Below the pieces are notes generated by a model that did not search any database, had not been told where the DNA came from, and saw nothing but the letters and a program-made list of their open reading frames with translations. The position numbers and the translations under genes were made by a program. Positions 33,929 through 43,002 of a stretch of DNA of 57,411 nucleotides are shown here, one piece after another. The first letter of the stretch is position 1, and every line of letters begins with the position of its first letter. The DNA is from Bacilli bacterium (GTDB lineage: Bacteria > Bacillota_I > Bacilli_A > RFN20 > CAG-826): assembly GCA_017447305.1 (NCBI GenBank), contig JAFSNY010000006.1, forward strand, positions 1 through 57,411, written 5' to 3'.

Positions 33929-34365
33929 ATTTTTAAAATTCCTTTAGGTACAGGTGGTAATCTTGGGTCAGAAATATGAGAATAAGTATAAATGAATTTT
34001 AACAGTTCTTCTTGTCTATCTATCTTGTCGTCTTCGTCTTCAGAGTGTTGGTCAAGATCGATAGAATGACCATCAATTCTGAAAGTATGATAGAGAGAAC
34101 CCATGGCTATAGTTCCATCGACATCAGAACCATCGAAAAAGAGATCATTAAAAGATACAGCTTTGACTTTTATAAAGTCATAGTCACTGCTATAATGTCT
34201 GGAAATTTCCATCCAAACACCTTCTGGGAAAATAACTACTTTCTGTTCTTCTCTCACTTGTGCTTTATCGAAATGATAATATTCATATACATCATTCCAT
34301 GACATGCGTCTTTCATAGAAAGGAGTCGAGCGAATTTTTGCTAACCAATCTTCTGAATATCTCAT
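33925..34365 (-). CDS. hypothetical protein, MRYSEDW family, tail LPPVPKGILKI
   Basis: ORF track, with ATGA overlaps on both sides. Confidence 0.7.
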   Translation of the reverse strand: MRYSEDWLAKIRSTPFYERRMSWNDVYEYYHFDKAQVREEQKVVIFPEGVWMEISRHYSSDYDFIKVKAVSFNDLFFDGSDVDGTIAMGSLYHTFRIDGHSIDLDQHSEDEDDKIDRQEELLKFIYTYSHISDPRLPPVPKGILKI

Positions 34366-34802
34366 ATTTTTAAAATTCCTTTAGGGACCGGTGGTAAGCG
34401 TTCGTCTGTAATTCCAGTATTATCTTTAATAAAGGCTAAGAGTTCATCTTGTCGTTTATTAGGAGGAACATCGTTGAGGTCTATTTTATGTTCGTCAATT
34501 CTGAAAACATGACTAAGAGAACCGAGACCTAGACAATTATAGATTCCTTTATAGTCACCATCATAATAGACATCATCCTTAGTAATACCTCTGATTTTTC
34601 TTAACTTCTTAGAGTTCGAGAAGAGAACATCAATTTCCATCCAGACACCTTCAGAAAGAATAACCAGATTTTCATTTTTAGCACGTTGTTCATCGTAAAA
34701 ATGAAAATATCTTACTGTATCTTCCCAAGTGCGACCTTGAACAGCATTTAAATATGGGTTTAGTCTATCTTGCCATTCTATTGAATATCTGTTATAGTTC
34801 AT
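34362..34802 (-). CDS. hypothetical protein, same family, tail LPPVPKGILKI
   Basis: ORF track, with ATGA overlaps. Confidence 0.7.
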   Translation of the reverse strand: MNYNRYSIEWQDRLNPYLNAVQGRTWEDTVRYFHFYDEQRAKNENLVILSEGVWMEIDVLFSNSKKLRKIRGITKDDVYYDGDYKGIYNCLGLGSLSHVFRIDEHKIDLNDVPPNKRQDELLAFIKDNTGITDERLPPVPKGILKI

Positions 34803-35212
34803 AATTTGAGAATTCCTTTAGGTACAACTGGGAGAGGTGGTTCTGTATTTCTTTTGATAAATTCCAGGAGCATTTCTCTTCTTCTGGGATTTTCAATATG
34901 AGTTAAATCCAACGTTTCACCATCGATTGTAAACCTATGGTCAAGAGAACCAAGTTGAAAAGAGTTATAAAGACCTCTATAACAGCTATCATAATAAACT
35001 GTAAAATTAGAGACTGCCTTGACTTTTCTGAATCTTTGAACGCCGCAGATATTGATTTTCATCCAGACAGCTTCATCAAGGACAATAATATTCCCTTGTT
35101 CAATATCTTCATAAATACCACGGCTTTTATAAAATTTCAGAACATCTTCCCATTTTGAGATCTGAGTCTCATTTTCTAACCGTTGAATTTCTTGTTCCCA
35201 TTCGCTTGTCAT
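34799..35212 (-). CDS. hypothetical protein, same family, tail LPVVPKGILKL
   Basis: ORF track. Leaderless-type promoter upstream. Confidence 0.7.
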   Translation of the reverse strand: MTSEWEQEIQRLENETQISKWEDVLKFYKSRGIYEDIEQGNIIVLDEAVWMKINICGVQRFRKVKAVSNFTVYYDSCYRGLYNSFQLGSLDHRFTIDGETLDLTHIENPRRREMLLEFIKRNTEPPLPVVPKGILKL

Positions 35213-35282
35213 GCTATATAATATAGAAAAAAGAGAGCTCTGAGTAAATAGCTCTCTTGATATAATTATTATTCAGATGACC

Positions 35283-35624
35283 TTAATGGTTTAAGCCTTC
35301 ATCTTTATGCATTCTGAAAAGTTTTACTAACGCATCTAGTTGTTCTCTTAAATGCCTCTCATTAAAATCGTCATTATAGATACGCCTATAAGACATAAAC
35401 TTTCGTTTACCGTCTAATTGACCAATACCAGCAGCGACACGAAGATTGTTATACCAATGTTCCATATCATGGTCAATTCCTTCTAAGATATAACCTCTAT
35501 CGAAATCATTGTCGATATAGAGTTTTATATCTGTCTTTTTCCATTGACCATAACGACCGTAATCTTCAGTCTTTATGATAAAGTCATAATCTTCTGCAAT
35601 TTTCTTTAAATTAATTCTGGACAT
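35283..35624 (-). CDS. hypothetical protein
   Basis: ORF track; compact array. Confidence 0.55.
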   Translation of the reverse strand: MSRINLKKIAEDYDFIIKTEDYGRYGQWKKTDIKLYIDNDFDRGYILEGIDHDMEHWYNNLRVAAGIGQLDGKRKFMSYRRIYNDDFNERHLREQLDALVKLFRMHKDEGLNH

Positions 35625-35626
35625 TT

Positions 35627-35824
35627 TTAATCCCAGGGTGCACAGAATCCGCCATATTCTTCATTAAAATCTCGGATTGCATCATCGTATTCGTCGCTCG
35701 GACAGAAATTTTCAATTCTGTATAATTCCCGTTCTCGAGACGTCATACAAGCATTTGCAATTGGACCTAAGTCTTGATCTAGGTCACGTGTTTTCCAATA
35801 TTTATCTTCATATCGTTTAGCCAT
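35627..35824 (-). CDS. hypothetical protein
   Basis: ORF track. 8-nt overlap with the upstream gene. Confidence 0.5.
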   Translation of the reverse strand: MAKRYEDKYWKTRDLDQDLGPIANACMTSRERELYRIENFCPSDEYDDAIRDFNEEYGGFCAPWD

Positions 35825-36293
35825 GTACTATATCCTTTATATTTTCATATTCTTTTACTACTAACGCTTTTTTCATAATATCTCTAAATTTCGGTTCTAC
35901 ATGAACAAGATTGCGGATCCATTCCAGTTTTTTTAGTACACCATAATAAAGAATTTCCGCAGCATCTATCATTTCAAGTGCATTTAATCCTTTAAATATT
36001 TTCAGAATATCATCAGCACTTGCTTTTGTGACGGTGCTATTGTTATTAGTAACGATGGGACTGATAGCATCTTCAAAATCTGATAATTTTGCAGTGAATT
36101 TTTTAGCCTTAGGGTCAGTTAACAAGAAATTACACTTATTAATTTGATACATAATTTTTCTTGCATCGTTATTGTGACCAAAGCAGAATAATTCAAAATC
36201 GCTCTGTCCTAATTCTTTATACAGAGCCTTTTTATATTCTTTGATTTCCTCTTCGTTGGAATTCAAGAGTTTTTCATTTGAAATAAAATCCAC
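35817..36293 (-). CDS. hypothetical protein
   Basis: ORF track. GTG start with AGGAG 7 nt upstream. Confidence 0.55.
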   Translation of the reverse strand: MDFISNEKLLNSNEEEIKEYKKALYKELGQSDFELFCFGHNNDARKIMYQINKCNFLLTDPKAKKFTAKLSDFEDAISPIVTNNNSTVTKASADDILKIFKGLNALEMIDAAEILYYGVLKKLEWIRNLVHVEPKFRDIMKKALVVKEYENIKDIVHG

Positions 36294-36303
36294 AGATTAT
36301 CTC

Positions 36304-36629
36304 CTAGTATTGTGGTAATTTGATAATTCCTTTCGGAACTTTAGGTAATTGTGATTCAAAAAATCCAGAAGTTTTAACATGATGAACTTCACAATAAAAT
36401 TTTTCAGTCCATTTTAAAAAATCTTCAGCAAGTTGTTTAGTAACAGGAACATCGTCAGAACTACCACCCCAAAAGATTTTAGTGAAATCTGTGTGTGTGC
36501 TATTTTACCAGAATATCCAGCATGCCAAAGATCCCAATCGACCTTTGCATTTTGTATTAAACTATATGCAGGATGAGAGTTGATATAATTTAAAATATCT
36601 ACAGGAATGTTAGGATAATTCGGAATCAT
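36304..36629 (-). CDS. YINSHPAY-family paralog disrupted at a (CA)5 repeat; tail LPKVPKGIIKLPQY in the second frame
   Basis: Track ORF 36414-36629 ends early. Own translation of the other frame from the repeat gives ...DFTKIFWGGSSDD...SGFFESQLPKVPKGIIKLPQY with stop at 36304. Confidence 0.55.
36490..36499 (-). repeat. (CA)5 dinucleotide repeat at the frame junction
   Basis: The plus strand reads tgtgtgtgtg. Removing one CA unit would fuse the two halves in frame. Confidence 0.6.
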
Positions 36630-36666
36630 AATCTTAAGATAGTAAAGTTAAACGGTTTTGTAAATG

Positions 36667-37101
36667 CTATGGTTGGTTTAATAATACTTCAGTTGACCAG
36701 TTACTATTATAGACCTTTTCGTCCATTTCTGTGTGTATATTATATAATTCCTTTAACAGGCTAGGTAAAGCTGGCGAACTAAGAATATTCAGAAAATGCT
36801 GAAATGTAAGATAGGTTTTGAAAAATTCAGCAGGAATTATAATTTTAATACAGTCATTGCCATCTTTGTCTTTATCGTGATGTGTAAACCCAACTTTGTT
36901 GATGTTCATGTGATTTAATATAAGTTTGTTATCCCATGACATGCTAATCCTAATTACAGTTCTCTCATTATATTGCAATTCTATAGTAGTTATCTCTTGG
37001 TCAAAGGGAATATTCAGAATATTAAAATAATAAGGTTTGCTGTTGATGAGGAATCTTACATTATGTGGATAGAGCTTTTCGTTTATTTCTTTTAAATCCA
37101 T
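36667..37101 (-). CDS. hypothetical protein
   Basis: ORF track. CTTACA-N17-TATATT ends 7 nt before the ATG. Confidence 0.6.
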   Translation of the reverse strand: MDLKEINEKLYPHNVRFLINSKPYYFNILNIPFDQEITTIELQYNERTVIRISMSWDNKLILNHMNINKVGFTHHDKDKDGNDCIKIIIPAEFFKTYLTFQHFLNILSSPALPSLLKELYNIHTEMDEKVYNSNWSTEVLLNQP

Positions 37102-37150
37102 GATATTAAATATAGAATTAAATGAGAGGTTTGTAAGCCCTAAAAGAGAG

Positions 37151-37207
37151 CTGAAAGAGAAAAAAACCTCTTAAAATGCTTACAAAGAGAGCTTTTTTAA
37201 CTATATT
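37151..37207 (+). promoter_or_regulatory. promoter module
   Basis: CTGAAAG..(28)..CTTACA-N17-TATATT. Divergent from the CTTACA-N17-TATATT promoter of the 36667-37101 gene. Confidence 0.65.
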
Positions 37208-37238
37208 AGAGAGGTAATAAGAGAGGAAAGGTAAAATT

Positions 37239-37496
37239 ATGAAGACTGAACAAGAAGAGATGTTAGAGACTCTCTTTAAGAAACAAGAGGGTAAGGTTAT
37301 TCCTGGAACGGAATATTGGGAAGCTTTGGTAGAATTTTCAGAAGTCTGTTTTAACCAGCTTATGAGTAAAGAAAAACCGAAAGTTGCAGATATTCATAGT
37401 TTTATTGCTGCAGCTTATCATTATGGTCGTGAGCAGGGTGAAAAGTACGCTAAGTGGCTTCAATCAGAAATTGACAAATTACATAAGGAAGATTAA
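37239..37496 (+). CDS. hypothetical protein
   Basis: ORF track. Promoter module 37151-37207 and AGGAAAGG upstream. Confidence 0.6.
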   Translation: MKTEQEEMLETLFKKQEGKVIPGTEYWEALVEFSEVCFNQLMSKEKPKVADIHSFIAAAYHYGREQGEKYAKWLQSEIDKLHKED

Positions 37497-37497
37497 T

Positions 37498-37758
37498 ATG
37501 CATGCATTAACAGTAGTAAACAAAATTAATCAGAAATTACAGAAGTGTAAAGAACCTAATGCGATTACAAAAGAAATCGAAGCGGTTAAGTTTTATTTTT
37601 CACGTCCAGATAGTTCGTGGAGAGTAAAGGTTGATTCTGGATTTAAGGTTGAAGTTGTCGATTCGGCTGATAATTCTATAGAAGTTCAGAATAATGAAGA
37701 ATGTAATTTAATTGATGCGAATTACATTATGTTGGTCGATTTTAAGTTTAAAGAATAG
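37498..37758 (+). CDS. hypothetical protein (MHALTVVNKINQ...)
   Basis: Track ORF 37384-37758 overlaps the previous gene. The internal ATG at 37498 follows the upstream stop directly. Confidence 0.5.
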   Translation: MHALTVVNKINQKLQKCKEPNAITKEIEAVKFYFSRPDSSWRVKVDSGFKVEVVDSADNSIEVQNNEECNLIDANYIMLVDFKFKE

Positions 37759-37761
37759 CAT

Positions 37762-37986
37762 ATGAAAGAAATTCAGATTTATGCAGTTAAAGTCTGGGGA
37801 CTTAAAACTGGTGAACGGTATTTGAAGAAGTTACATGCTGATTATGGGTCAGCACGAACTGAAGCAGATCGTCAGTTGAAAAAACCAGGTATTACCAGGG
37901 TATATATCGAATGTGCAGCATTTAATATAGATGGTTCAAAAGTTACGACTGTTTTTAAGAAAGAATTGGATTTAGAAGAAGTATGA
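37762..37986 (+). CDS. hypothetical protein
   Basis: ORF track; compact array. Confidence 0.5.
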   Translation: MKEIQIYAVKVWGLKTGERYLKKLHADYGSARTEADRQLKKPGITRVYIECAAFNIDGSKVTTVFKKELDLEEV

Positions 37987-38264
37987 GAAATCCAACAATG
38001 TATCGTAAAATTACGATTGTGATTATCGATATTAATGCTTCTGAAAAGAAGAACTATGTTCGTAAGATTTGTAAGAAGACAATAGATGTTCGTATAAAGT
38101 CTGGATATACGAGTAAAACTAAAACTTTCTGTGCACATACTGGCGATTTAAGCAAAGCAATGAAATTTGAAACGTATGATGCAGCGAAAAGGGAACTGAC
38201 TAAGTTTGGGTTAAATTCTGATAATTTTAAGCTGGTGCCTGTAATAGGTGAGATACCTGCATAA
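37983..38264 (+). CDS. hypothetical protein
   Basis: ORF track; ATGA overlap. Confidence 0.5.
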   Translation: MRNPTMYRKITIVIIDINASEKKNYVRKICKKTIDVRIKSGYTSKTKTFCAHTGDLSKAMKFETYDAAKRELTKFGLNSDNFKLVPVIGEIPA

Positions 38265-38350
38265 AAATATCATCTTCGAATGACATTTACTGACGGGTCA
38301 AAAATTACTATATTGTATAGCAAGAAAATTGAAAAATTGGAGAATAAAAT

Positions 38351-39625
38351 ATGAGTGAAGCAGTTGAAACTATTGAAACAACCGAAAGCCCAGAAACTGT
38401 TGATCTGCATGAACGTTTTACATCCGTTTATAAGGATAATTGGATTTATCTCCCAGGTGGTTCCATTTGCTACGATTTTAATTCTGCCGTAGCAAGAATG
38501 TATTACGTCGGTTATTGTCTCGACGCAATGGAACTCTGGTTTGGTAAGTATGGTGCAAAATGTGCAGACATCATGGATGCGCTCGTTAGTATGGGATTGA
38601 AGCCGAGAGATCTCAAATTCGGTAATTTTAGAATTCGAACCAACGATATTAAGTGGCTCGAACAAAAGTTGTATGGCACAACTGTTGAAGACCCGAAAAC
38701 TGTAGATCTCGGTATGGTAAGTGAAATTGAAGAAACAGAACTCGCAGAAAAAGCGGGACTTATCGTTCCAAGCGAACCAGAAGCACCAAAGGAAATTCGT
38801 CCACAGGTTGAACAGTTGATTGAAGATCCATTAGCAGTATTCAAGCAAATGAATACTTACACTACTATGGTTGCACAGGGTCTGAGTACTGCACTGTTGA
38901 TTACAGGTCAGGGTGGTGTCGGTAAATCCTACAATGTTACTCGAATTTTGAGTGCATACGGTAAGAAGGGTAAAGACTATGTTGTCATGAAAGGTAGATC
39001 TACTATCGCAGCAATGTATAAGTTTTTATACGACAATTATGACAAGATTGTTGTATTCGACGACTGTGACAGTGTTCTGCAAGACAATGATGGTCTGAAC
39101 ATTCTCAAGGGTGTTCTGGACACAGGCGAAATTCGAGAAGTGAGCTGGAACAACAGTAGAACGGTTAACACGTTTGGTTGTGAAACTCATGAAGAAATCG
39201 AAGCCATTTTGGAAAAGTATGCAAAAGATCACAAGAAAATTAAGGCTGATCTAGTTCCAAGCTATTTCAGATTTATGGGATCCTGTATTTTCATTTCCAA
39301 CCTGTCTGCTGCAGATTTGTTAAAGAATGCTGCAATGGCTCCATTGTTGACCAGATGTAATACAGTTGACATTCAGTTAACTCCAGATGAAGTTATCACA
39401 AAGATGGCAGTTGCATTACCAGCAATGCATATCTATGATGCACGTGGTAAGGATATTACTCGAGAAGATTTGAAACAAGAAGTTTTCGAATACATCAAGA
39501 GTCCAGAATTTCTGAATGACCCAAGGTTGGCTGGAAAGCAAATCTCGTTCAGAATTTTCCATCAAGCATATAAATTCAAATATGCTGGATTCCCGAACTG
39601 GAAGGACTTGAGCTTCTGCGTCTAG
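38351..39625 (+). CDS. P-loop NTPase (SF3-helicase/AAA-like)
   Basis: Walker A GQGGVGKS, Walker B IVVFDDCD and motif-C-like CIFISNL. The antisense ORF 38270-38665 is rejected. Confidence 0.65.
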   Translation: MSEAVETIETTESPETVDLHERFTSVYKDNWIYLPGGSICYDFNSAVARMYYVGYCLDAMELWFGKYGAKCADIMDALVSMGLKPRDLKFGNFRIRTNDIKWLEQKLYGTTVEDPKTVDLGMVSEIEETELAEKAGLIVPSEPEAPKEIRPQVEQLIEDPLAVFKQMNTYTTMVAQGLSTALLITGQGGVGKSYNVTRILSAYGKKGKDYVVMKGRSTIAAMYKFLYDNYDKIVVFDDCDSVLQDNDGLNILKGVLDTGEIREVSWNNSRTVNTFGCETHEEIEAILEKYAKDHKKIKADLVPSYFRFMGSCIFISNLSAADLLKNAAMAPLLTRCNTVDIQLTPDEVITKMAVALPAMHIYDARGKDITREDLKQEVFEYIKSPEFLNDPRLAGKQISFRIFHQAYKFKYAGFPNWKDLSFCV

Positions 39626-39629
39626 TCGA

Positions 39630-39686
39630 CTGAAATAATATATCCAAGACCTATGAGCTTACGCTTGTAGGTCTTTTTTCTATATT
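39630..39686 (+). promoter_or_regulatory. terminator-promoter module
   Basis: GACTGAAAT..(28)..CTTACG-N17-TATATT. Hairpin AGACCTA..TAGGTCT plus T6 spans the -35 and spacer. Confidence 0.6.
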
Positions 39687-39752
39687 ATGAACATAAGGAG
39701 TAAGTTATTACACTAAAACTCAGCTTGAAAAGCAAAGGAAGGGTTATATTTA

Positions 39753-40097
39753 ATGTGGATTCCATATTATATTGCTAGTATAGTCATAGCAATCATTTTG
39801 ATAATTAAAGATTGGAAAGACATCAATGAATTTCTTAATGATGCTATGTCTTCTGATGAAGATAAAGCATTCATGATTTTCATGATGATTGTATTTGCTC
39901 CTGTATTAATTCTAATTTTTATTATTGTAAGTTGTATCAACTTATACTTCTACGTAAAAAATCATCATGCGAATAAGAAAATGGACATTAATATGCAATT
40001 AAATAAGTTGCCAAAGTTAATGGCTGAATATGATAGGTTATTAAGAAAACCAGAAGCAAGTTTGCAGGTCAGTTCAAAAACAAGTTCAGGTCATTGA
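39753..40097 (+). CDS. hypothetical membrane protein (two hydrophobic helices)
   Basis: ORF track, with AAGGAAGG upstream. Confidence 0.55.
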   Translation: MWIPYYIASIVIAIILIIKDWKDINEFLNDAMSSDEDKAFMIFMMIVFAPVLILIFIIVSCINLYFYVKNHHANKKMDINMQLNKLPKLMAEYDRLLRKPEASLQVSSKTSSGH

Positions 40098-40102
40098 ATA
40101 CA

Positions 40103-40285
40103 ATGATTAGTTTGCCAAATGTAAGGAATGTGACAAGAACAGATATTAATGGTAAACCTGCAGTAATTGTGCATTATACTTGGCAAAGTTGCGATAGCGA
40201 TAATCATTGTTATACTGAACATGATGAAGTTACAATTCCAGAAATTAATGTAAAAACACATGATAACTGGGAACCAATAAATTAA
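40103..40285 (+). CDS. hypothetical small protein
   Basis: Track ORF 40094-40285 starts at TTG. The first ATG is at 40103. No clear SD. Confidence 0.4.
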   Translation: MISLPNVRNVTRTDINGKPAVIVHYTWQSCDSDNHCYTEHDEVTIPEINVKTHDNWEPIN

Positions 40286-40292
40286 CAGTCGA

Positions 40293-40349
40293 CTGAAACA
40301 ATATATTATATGGTTGGTTGTTGACAATGACTAACCATTTTTCTATATT
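40293..40349 (+). promoter_or_regulatory. terminator-promoter module
   Basis: GACTGAAAC..(28)..TTGACA-N17-TATATT. A 13-bp hairpin (40310-40338) has GAC of TTGACA as its 3-nt loop, followed by T5. Confidence 0.7.
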
Positions 40350-40370
40350 ATAAGTATAAAGAGGACGGTT

Positions 40371-40571
40371 ATGACTGTTAATGAAATGATTAAAAAGAAT
40401 GTCATGAAGAAGAAAATTCGTGACCTTGAAGCTGAAGTTGAAAGACTGAAGAAAGATCTTCAAGACAGTCAAAATGACGTTTTTTGGAGAGTTGATCGTC
40501 AAAAACGAAAAGTTGAATGGCTTTGCAATAAGTTTAAGTTTAATAAACATGATATTCCAAAGGATTTGTAA
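40371..40571 (+). CDS. hypothetical coiled-coil protein
   Basis: ORF track. Promoter module 40293-40349 and AGAGGA upstream. Confidence 0.55.
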   Translation: MTVNEMIKKNVMKKKIRDLEAEVERLKKDLQDSQNDVFWRVDRQKRKVEWLCNKFKFNKHDIPKDL

Positions 40572-40582
40572 AGGAGGGTAAT

Positions 40583-40999
40583 ATGACCCGTTTAAGAGCA
40601 GAAAGAAAAAGTATCACTGTAAAGGAAATCAAGAAGTTCATTACTGAACGTTGTCCGAACTTGGCCTTTGACCAGGATGATATGCTTTACATTAAGAACT
40701 CTAAGATGGAAGACTTCTTAGATGATTGTTTCTATTCTGAAAAGACACAGCGAATTTGTTTGGGTCATATTGTCAAGCATTTTTGGGATAGCAAGCTTGT
40801 TGATTCATTCATGCCTGCAAATGCTACAAAGATGTCTGATGCAATCTCGATGTGGCATACTACAGAAAAACAGAAGAACATCAGTCTGAACAAGATTATG
40901 CGAAAAATCAAGAGTGAAGTCAGAATTATCCATGAAAAGATTATGGATGAATCTGTCAGACTTGTCAGACGTTCTCAACAAATCAAGGTTAAACTCTAA
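40583..40999 (+). CDS. hypothetical protein
   Basis: ORF track, with AAGGAGGG upstream. Confidence 0.6.
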   Translation: MTRLRAERKSITVKEIKKFITERCPNLAFDQDDMLYIKNSKMEDFLDDCFYSEKTQRICLGHIVKHFWDSKLVDSFMPANATKMSDAISMWHTTEKQKNISLNKIMRKIKSEVRIIHEKIMDESVRLVRRSQQIKVKL

Positions 41000-41166
41000 T
41001 GACAAAAGAAATTAAAATGGAATTTAACAGAGACGACTTATGGCGTCTTCGTGAAGTTCTTCGTGGTTTTATTGGCACTCAAATCGTAGATGGTCATACA
41101 TATATGCTTGATGAGGCAATAGAACTTAAAAAACGTATTGACAAGAAGTGTAAGTTTAAAGACTAA
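40999..41166 (+). CDS. hypothetical 55-aa protein (MTKEIKMEFNRDDLW...)
   Basis: Own translation. TAATG overlap with the upstream gene. Below the track cut-off. Confidence 0.45.
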   Translation: MTKEIKMEFNRDDLWRLREVLRGFIGTQIVDGHTYMLDEAIELKKRIDKKCKFKD

Positions 41167-41178
41167 AAATAAGGTCAA

Positions 41179-41235
41179 CTGAAATATTATTTTGTTTAAT
41201 TGGTTATTGACAATAACCAATTAATTTACTATATT
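41179..41235 (+). promoter_or_regulatory. terminator-promoter module
   Basis: AACTGAAAT..(28)..TTGACA-N17-TATATT. Perfect palindrome AATTGGTTATT-GAC-AATAACCAATT. Confidence 0.7.
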
Positions 41236-41260
41236 ATGAAAGTAAATAAAAGGAATTAAA

Positions 41261-42907
41261 ATGAATATTTCTAAAATGACTATTGATGAAATTATTGCTC
41301 TTCTTGATGGTGAATTGAAAGCAAGCTGCGGTATGGGTTTTGAATTTCGTTCTCATCAGATTGAAGCAATTAAAAATTATCTCAAAGCACACTATGGTTT
41401 GTTTAATATTACTTGTGGTGTAGGAAAGACATTAATACAGGCATGTATTATTTATCTTGAAATTTTACGTTGTAAAGAATTGGGTATTCCGTTTAAAGGA
41501 TTATTTGTATGTCATCGTCTCATGCTTGAAGACCAAATTAAAGCAGAATATACAAAGTTTTTTGGTGAATTTTTAAAAACAGCAAAGATTGCAATTCGTG
41601 TATTAAATACAACAGGTGATAATTCACTTGAAAATATTGCCCGTAATGATATGGCTATGCCAATGGGTGAAGATGTTTTGTATTTTACTACAACGGCAAG
41701 TTTAAACGATTATGTTAAAAATCATACAAATAAGCATAAAGATGGATATGTAGAAATTGCTACACATATTTTTAAAAATTTAAGTCTGTATATTCATGAT
41801 GAAGCCCATAAAGAAAGTTCTAACCTTATGGTTAAAACCGTTAAAGATGCAATGTCAAATGAAAATCAGCGTCATTTTTGGTTTACTGCTACTCCAGGCG
41901 AATATCTGACATGTAATTTACCGACTATTTCTGTATGCTCTTTTGCAGATGCTGTTGAAGCATATTATATTGTAAAACCGGTTTTGCATATTATTAAAGC
42001 ACCGGATTTTGAACATATGGATGTTAATGCTGAAGCAAATTCTGTAATCGCTGCATTTAAACATTTAAAACGAAATAAAAAGGGTGAAGTTCCATCTTTA
42101 ATTACATTTCACGATTCGGTTGATTCTGTTAGAAAAGTAGGTGATATTATTAATCAATTTAAAACACAGCATCCGAGATTTACTCCCACTGTTTATGAAA
42201 TTGTAAGTGATAAAACCATTATTGATGAAAATGGTGGTAAAGTTTGGCTTGCTGGTATTCGTTTAAATGGTTCTAGATATTCTGATGGTAAGTTGTATAC
42301 TAAGCAAGATATTTTGACTATTCTTCGTAATGATCATAATCCAAAAATTATTATGAATGCATTTATGTTAACAGAAGGTATAGATTTACCAGAAATTAAC
42401 GGCGTTCTTTTATTATGTCAAAAGTCTGATGCAAGTCTTTATCAGGCAATTTCTAGAGGTTGTAGAAAGACTGCAGGCAAAGTTAATTTTAATTTGTATG
42501 TTACATCTGAAGATGGTATTAGTGAACGAGTAGAAACATTTTTGGGTGAACTTGTCAAATTTACTGATGGAAAGTTTGATTTTGGTGGAACTATTGAAGA
42601 TATTAATAATGGTTCTAATGATGATGACGAAGATGCAGATTATCAAAATTCTGGTATTGCATTGCCAACAACAGCATTATATGAAAATGTAAAAATTTCG
42701 ATTGCTAAGAAAAGAACAGAATTTGATAAGATGAAAATTCGTATGGCGCAAGTTGCAGATTTTAATAGTAAGATCAAAGTTGCATCAATTATGAAAACAT
42801 TTCAGTTAATTCAAGAATATTCTGTTATTTGGAAAGATGAACCAGAACTAAAAGAAACATATCTCAATCAAAAGAAAATTTTTAGTTATTTGCCATCTTT
42901 TAATTAA
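41261..42907 (+). CDS. SF2 DEAH-box helicase (ResIII-like), cassette 1
   Basis: Motif I TCGVGKT, II IHDEAHK, III FTATPG, V GIDLPEINGV and VI QAISRGCRK. Own promoter 41179-41235. Confidence 0.8.
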   Translation: MNISKMTIDEIIALLDGELKASCGMGFEFRSHQIEAIKNYLKAHYGLFNITCGVGKTLIQACIIYLEILRCKELGIPFKGLFVCHRLMLEDQIKAEYTKFFGEFLKTAKIAIRVLNTTGDNSLENIARNDMAMPMGEDVLYFTTTASLNDYVKNHTNKHKDGYVEIATHIFKNLSLYIHDEAHKESSNLMVKTVKDAMSNENQRHFWFTATPGEYLTCNLPTISVCSFADAVEAYYIVKPVLHIIKAPDFEHMDVNAEANSVIAAFKHLKRNKKGEVPSLITFHDSVDSVRKVGDIINQFKTQHPRFTPTVYEIVSDKTIIDENGGKVWLAGIRLNGSRYSDGKLYTKQDILTILRNDHNPKIIMNAFMLTEGIDLPEINGVLLLCQKSDASLYQAISRGCRKTAGKVNFNLYVTSEDGISERVETFLGELVKFTDGKFDFGGTIEDINNGSNDDDEDADYQNSGIALPTTALYENVKISIAKKRTEFDKMKIRMAQVADFNSKIKVASIMKTFQLIQEYSVIWKDEPELKETYLNQKKIFSYLPSFN

Positions 42908-42916
42908 AAAAGATAA

Positions 42917-42972
42917 CTGAATCAGAATTAATTTAATATATGAGTTACAAAACTCATATATTTTACTATATT
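42917..42972 (+). promoter_or_regulatory. terminator-promoter module
   Basis: AACTGAATC..GTTACA-N17-TATATT. Hairpin ATATATGAGTT-acaaa-AACTCATATAT. Confidence 0.6.
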
Positions 42973-43002
42973 TAATAAGTAATTAAAAATGGAACTAAAT
43001 AA

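Noticed and set aside
29019-36629. The PKG tail as a by-product of a Shine-Dalgarno sequence (CCT AAA GGA contains AAAGGA) for the overlapping downstream gene
   Set aside because: The tail is also present where no coupled downstream gene exists (29019, 32362, 36304). It is encoded by differing codons (ccg aag ggg / ccg aag ggt). The conservation is therefore at the peptide level, though dual use in the tandem array is possible.
38270-38665. 131-aa minus-strand ORF
   Set aside because: It is antisense to the well-supported P-loop ATPase gene and to its upstream region. It has no start signals.
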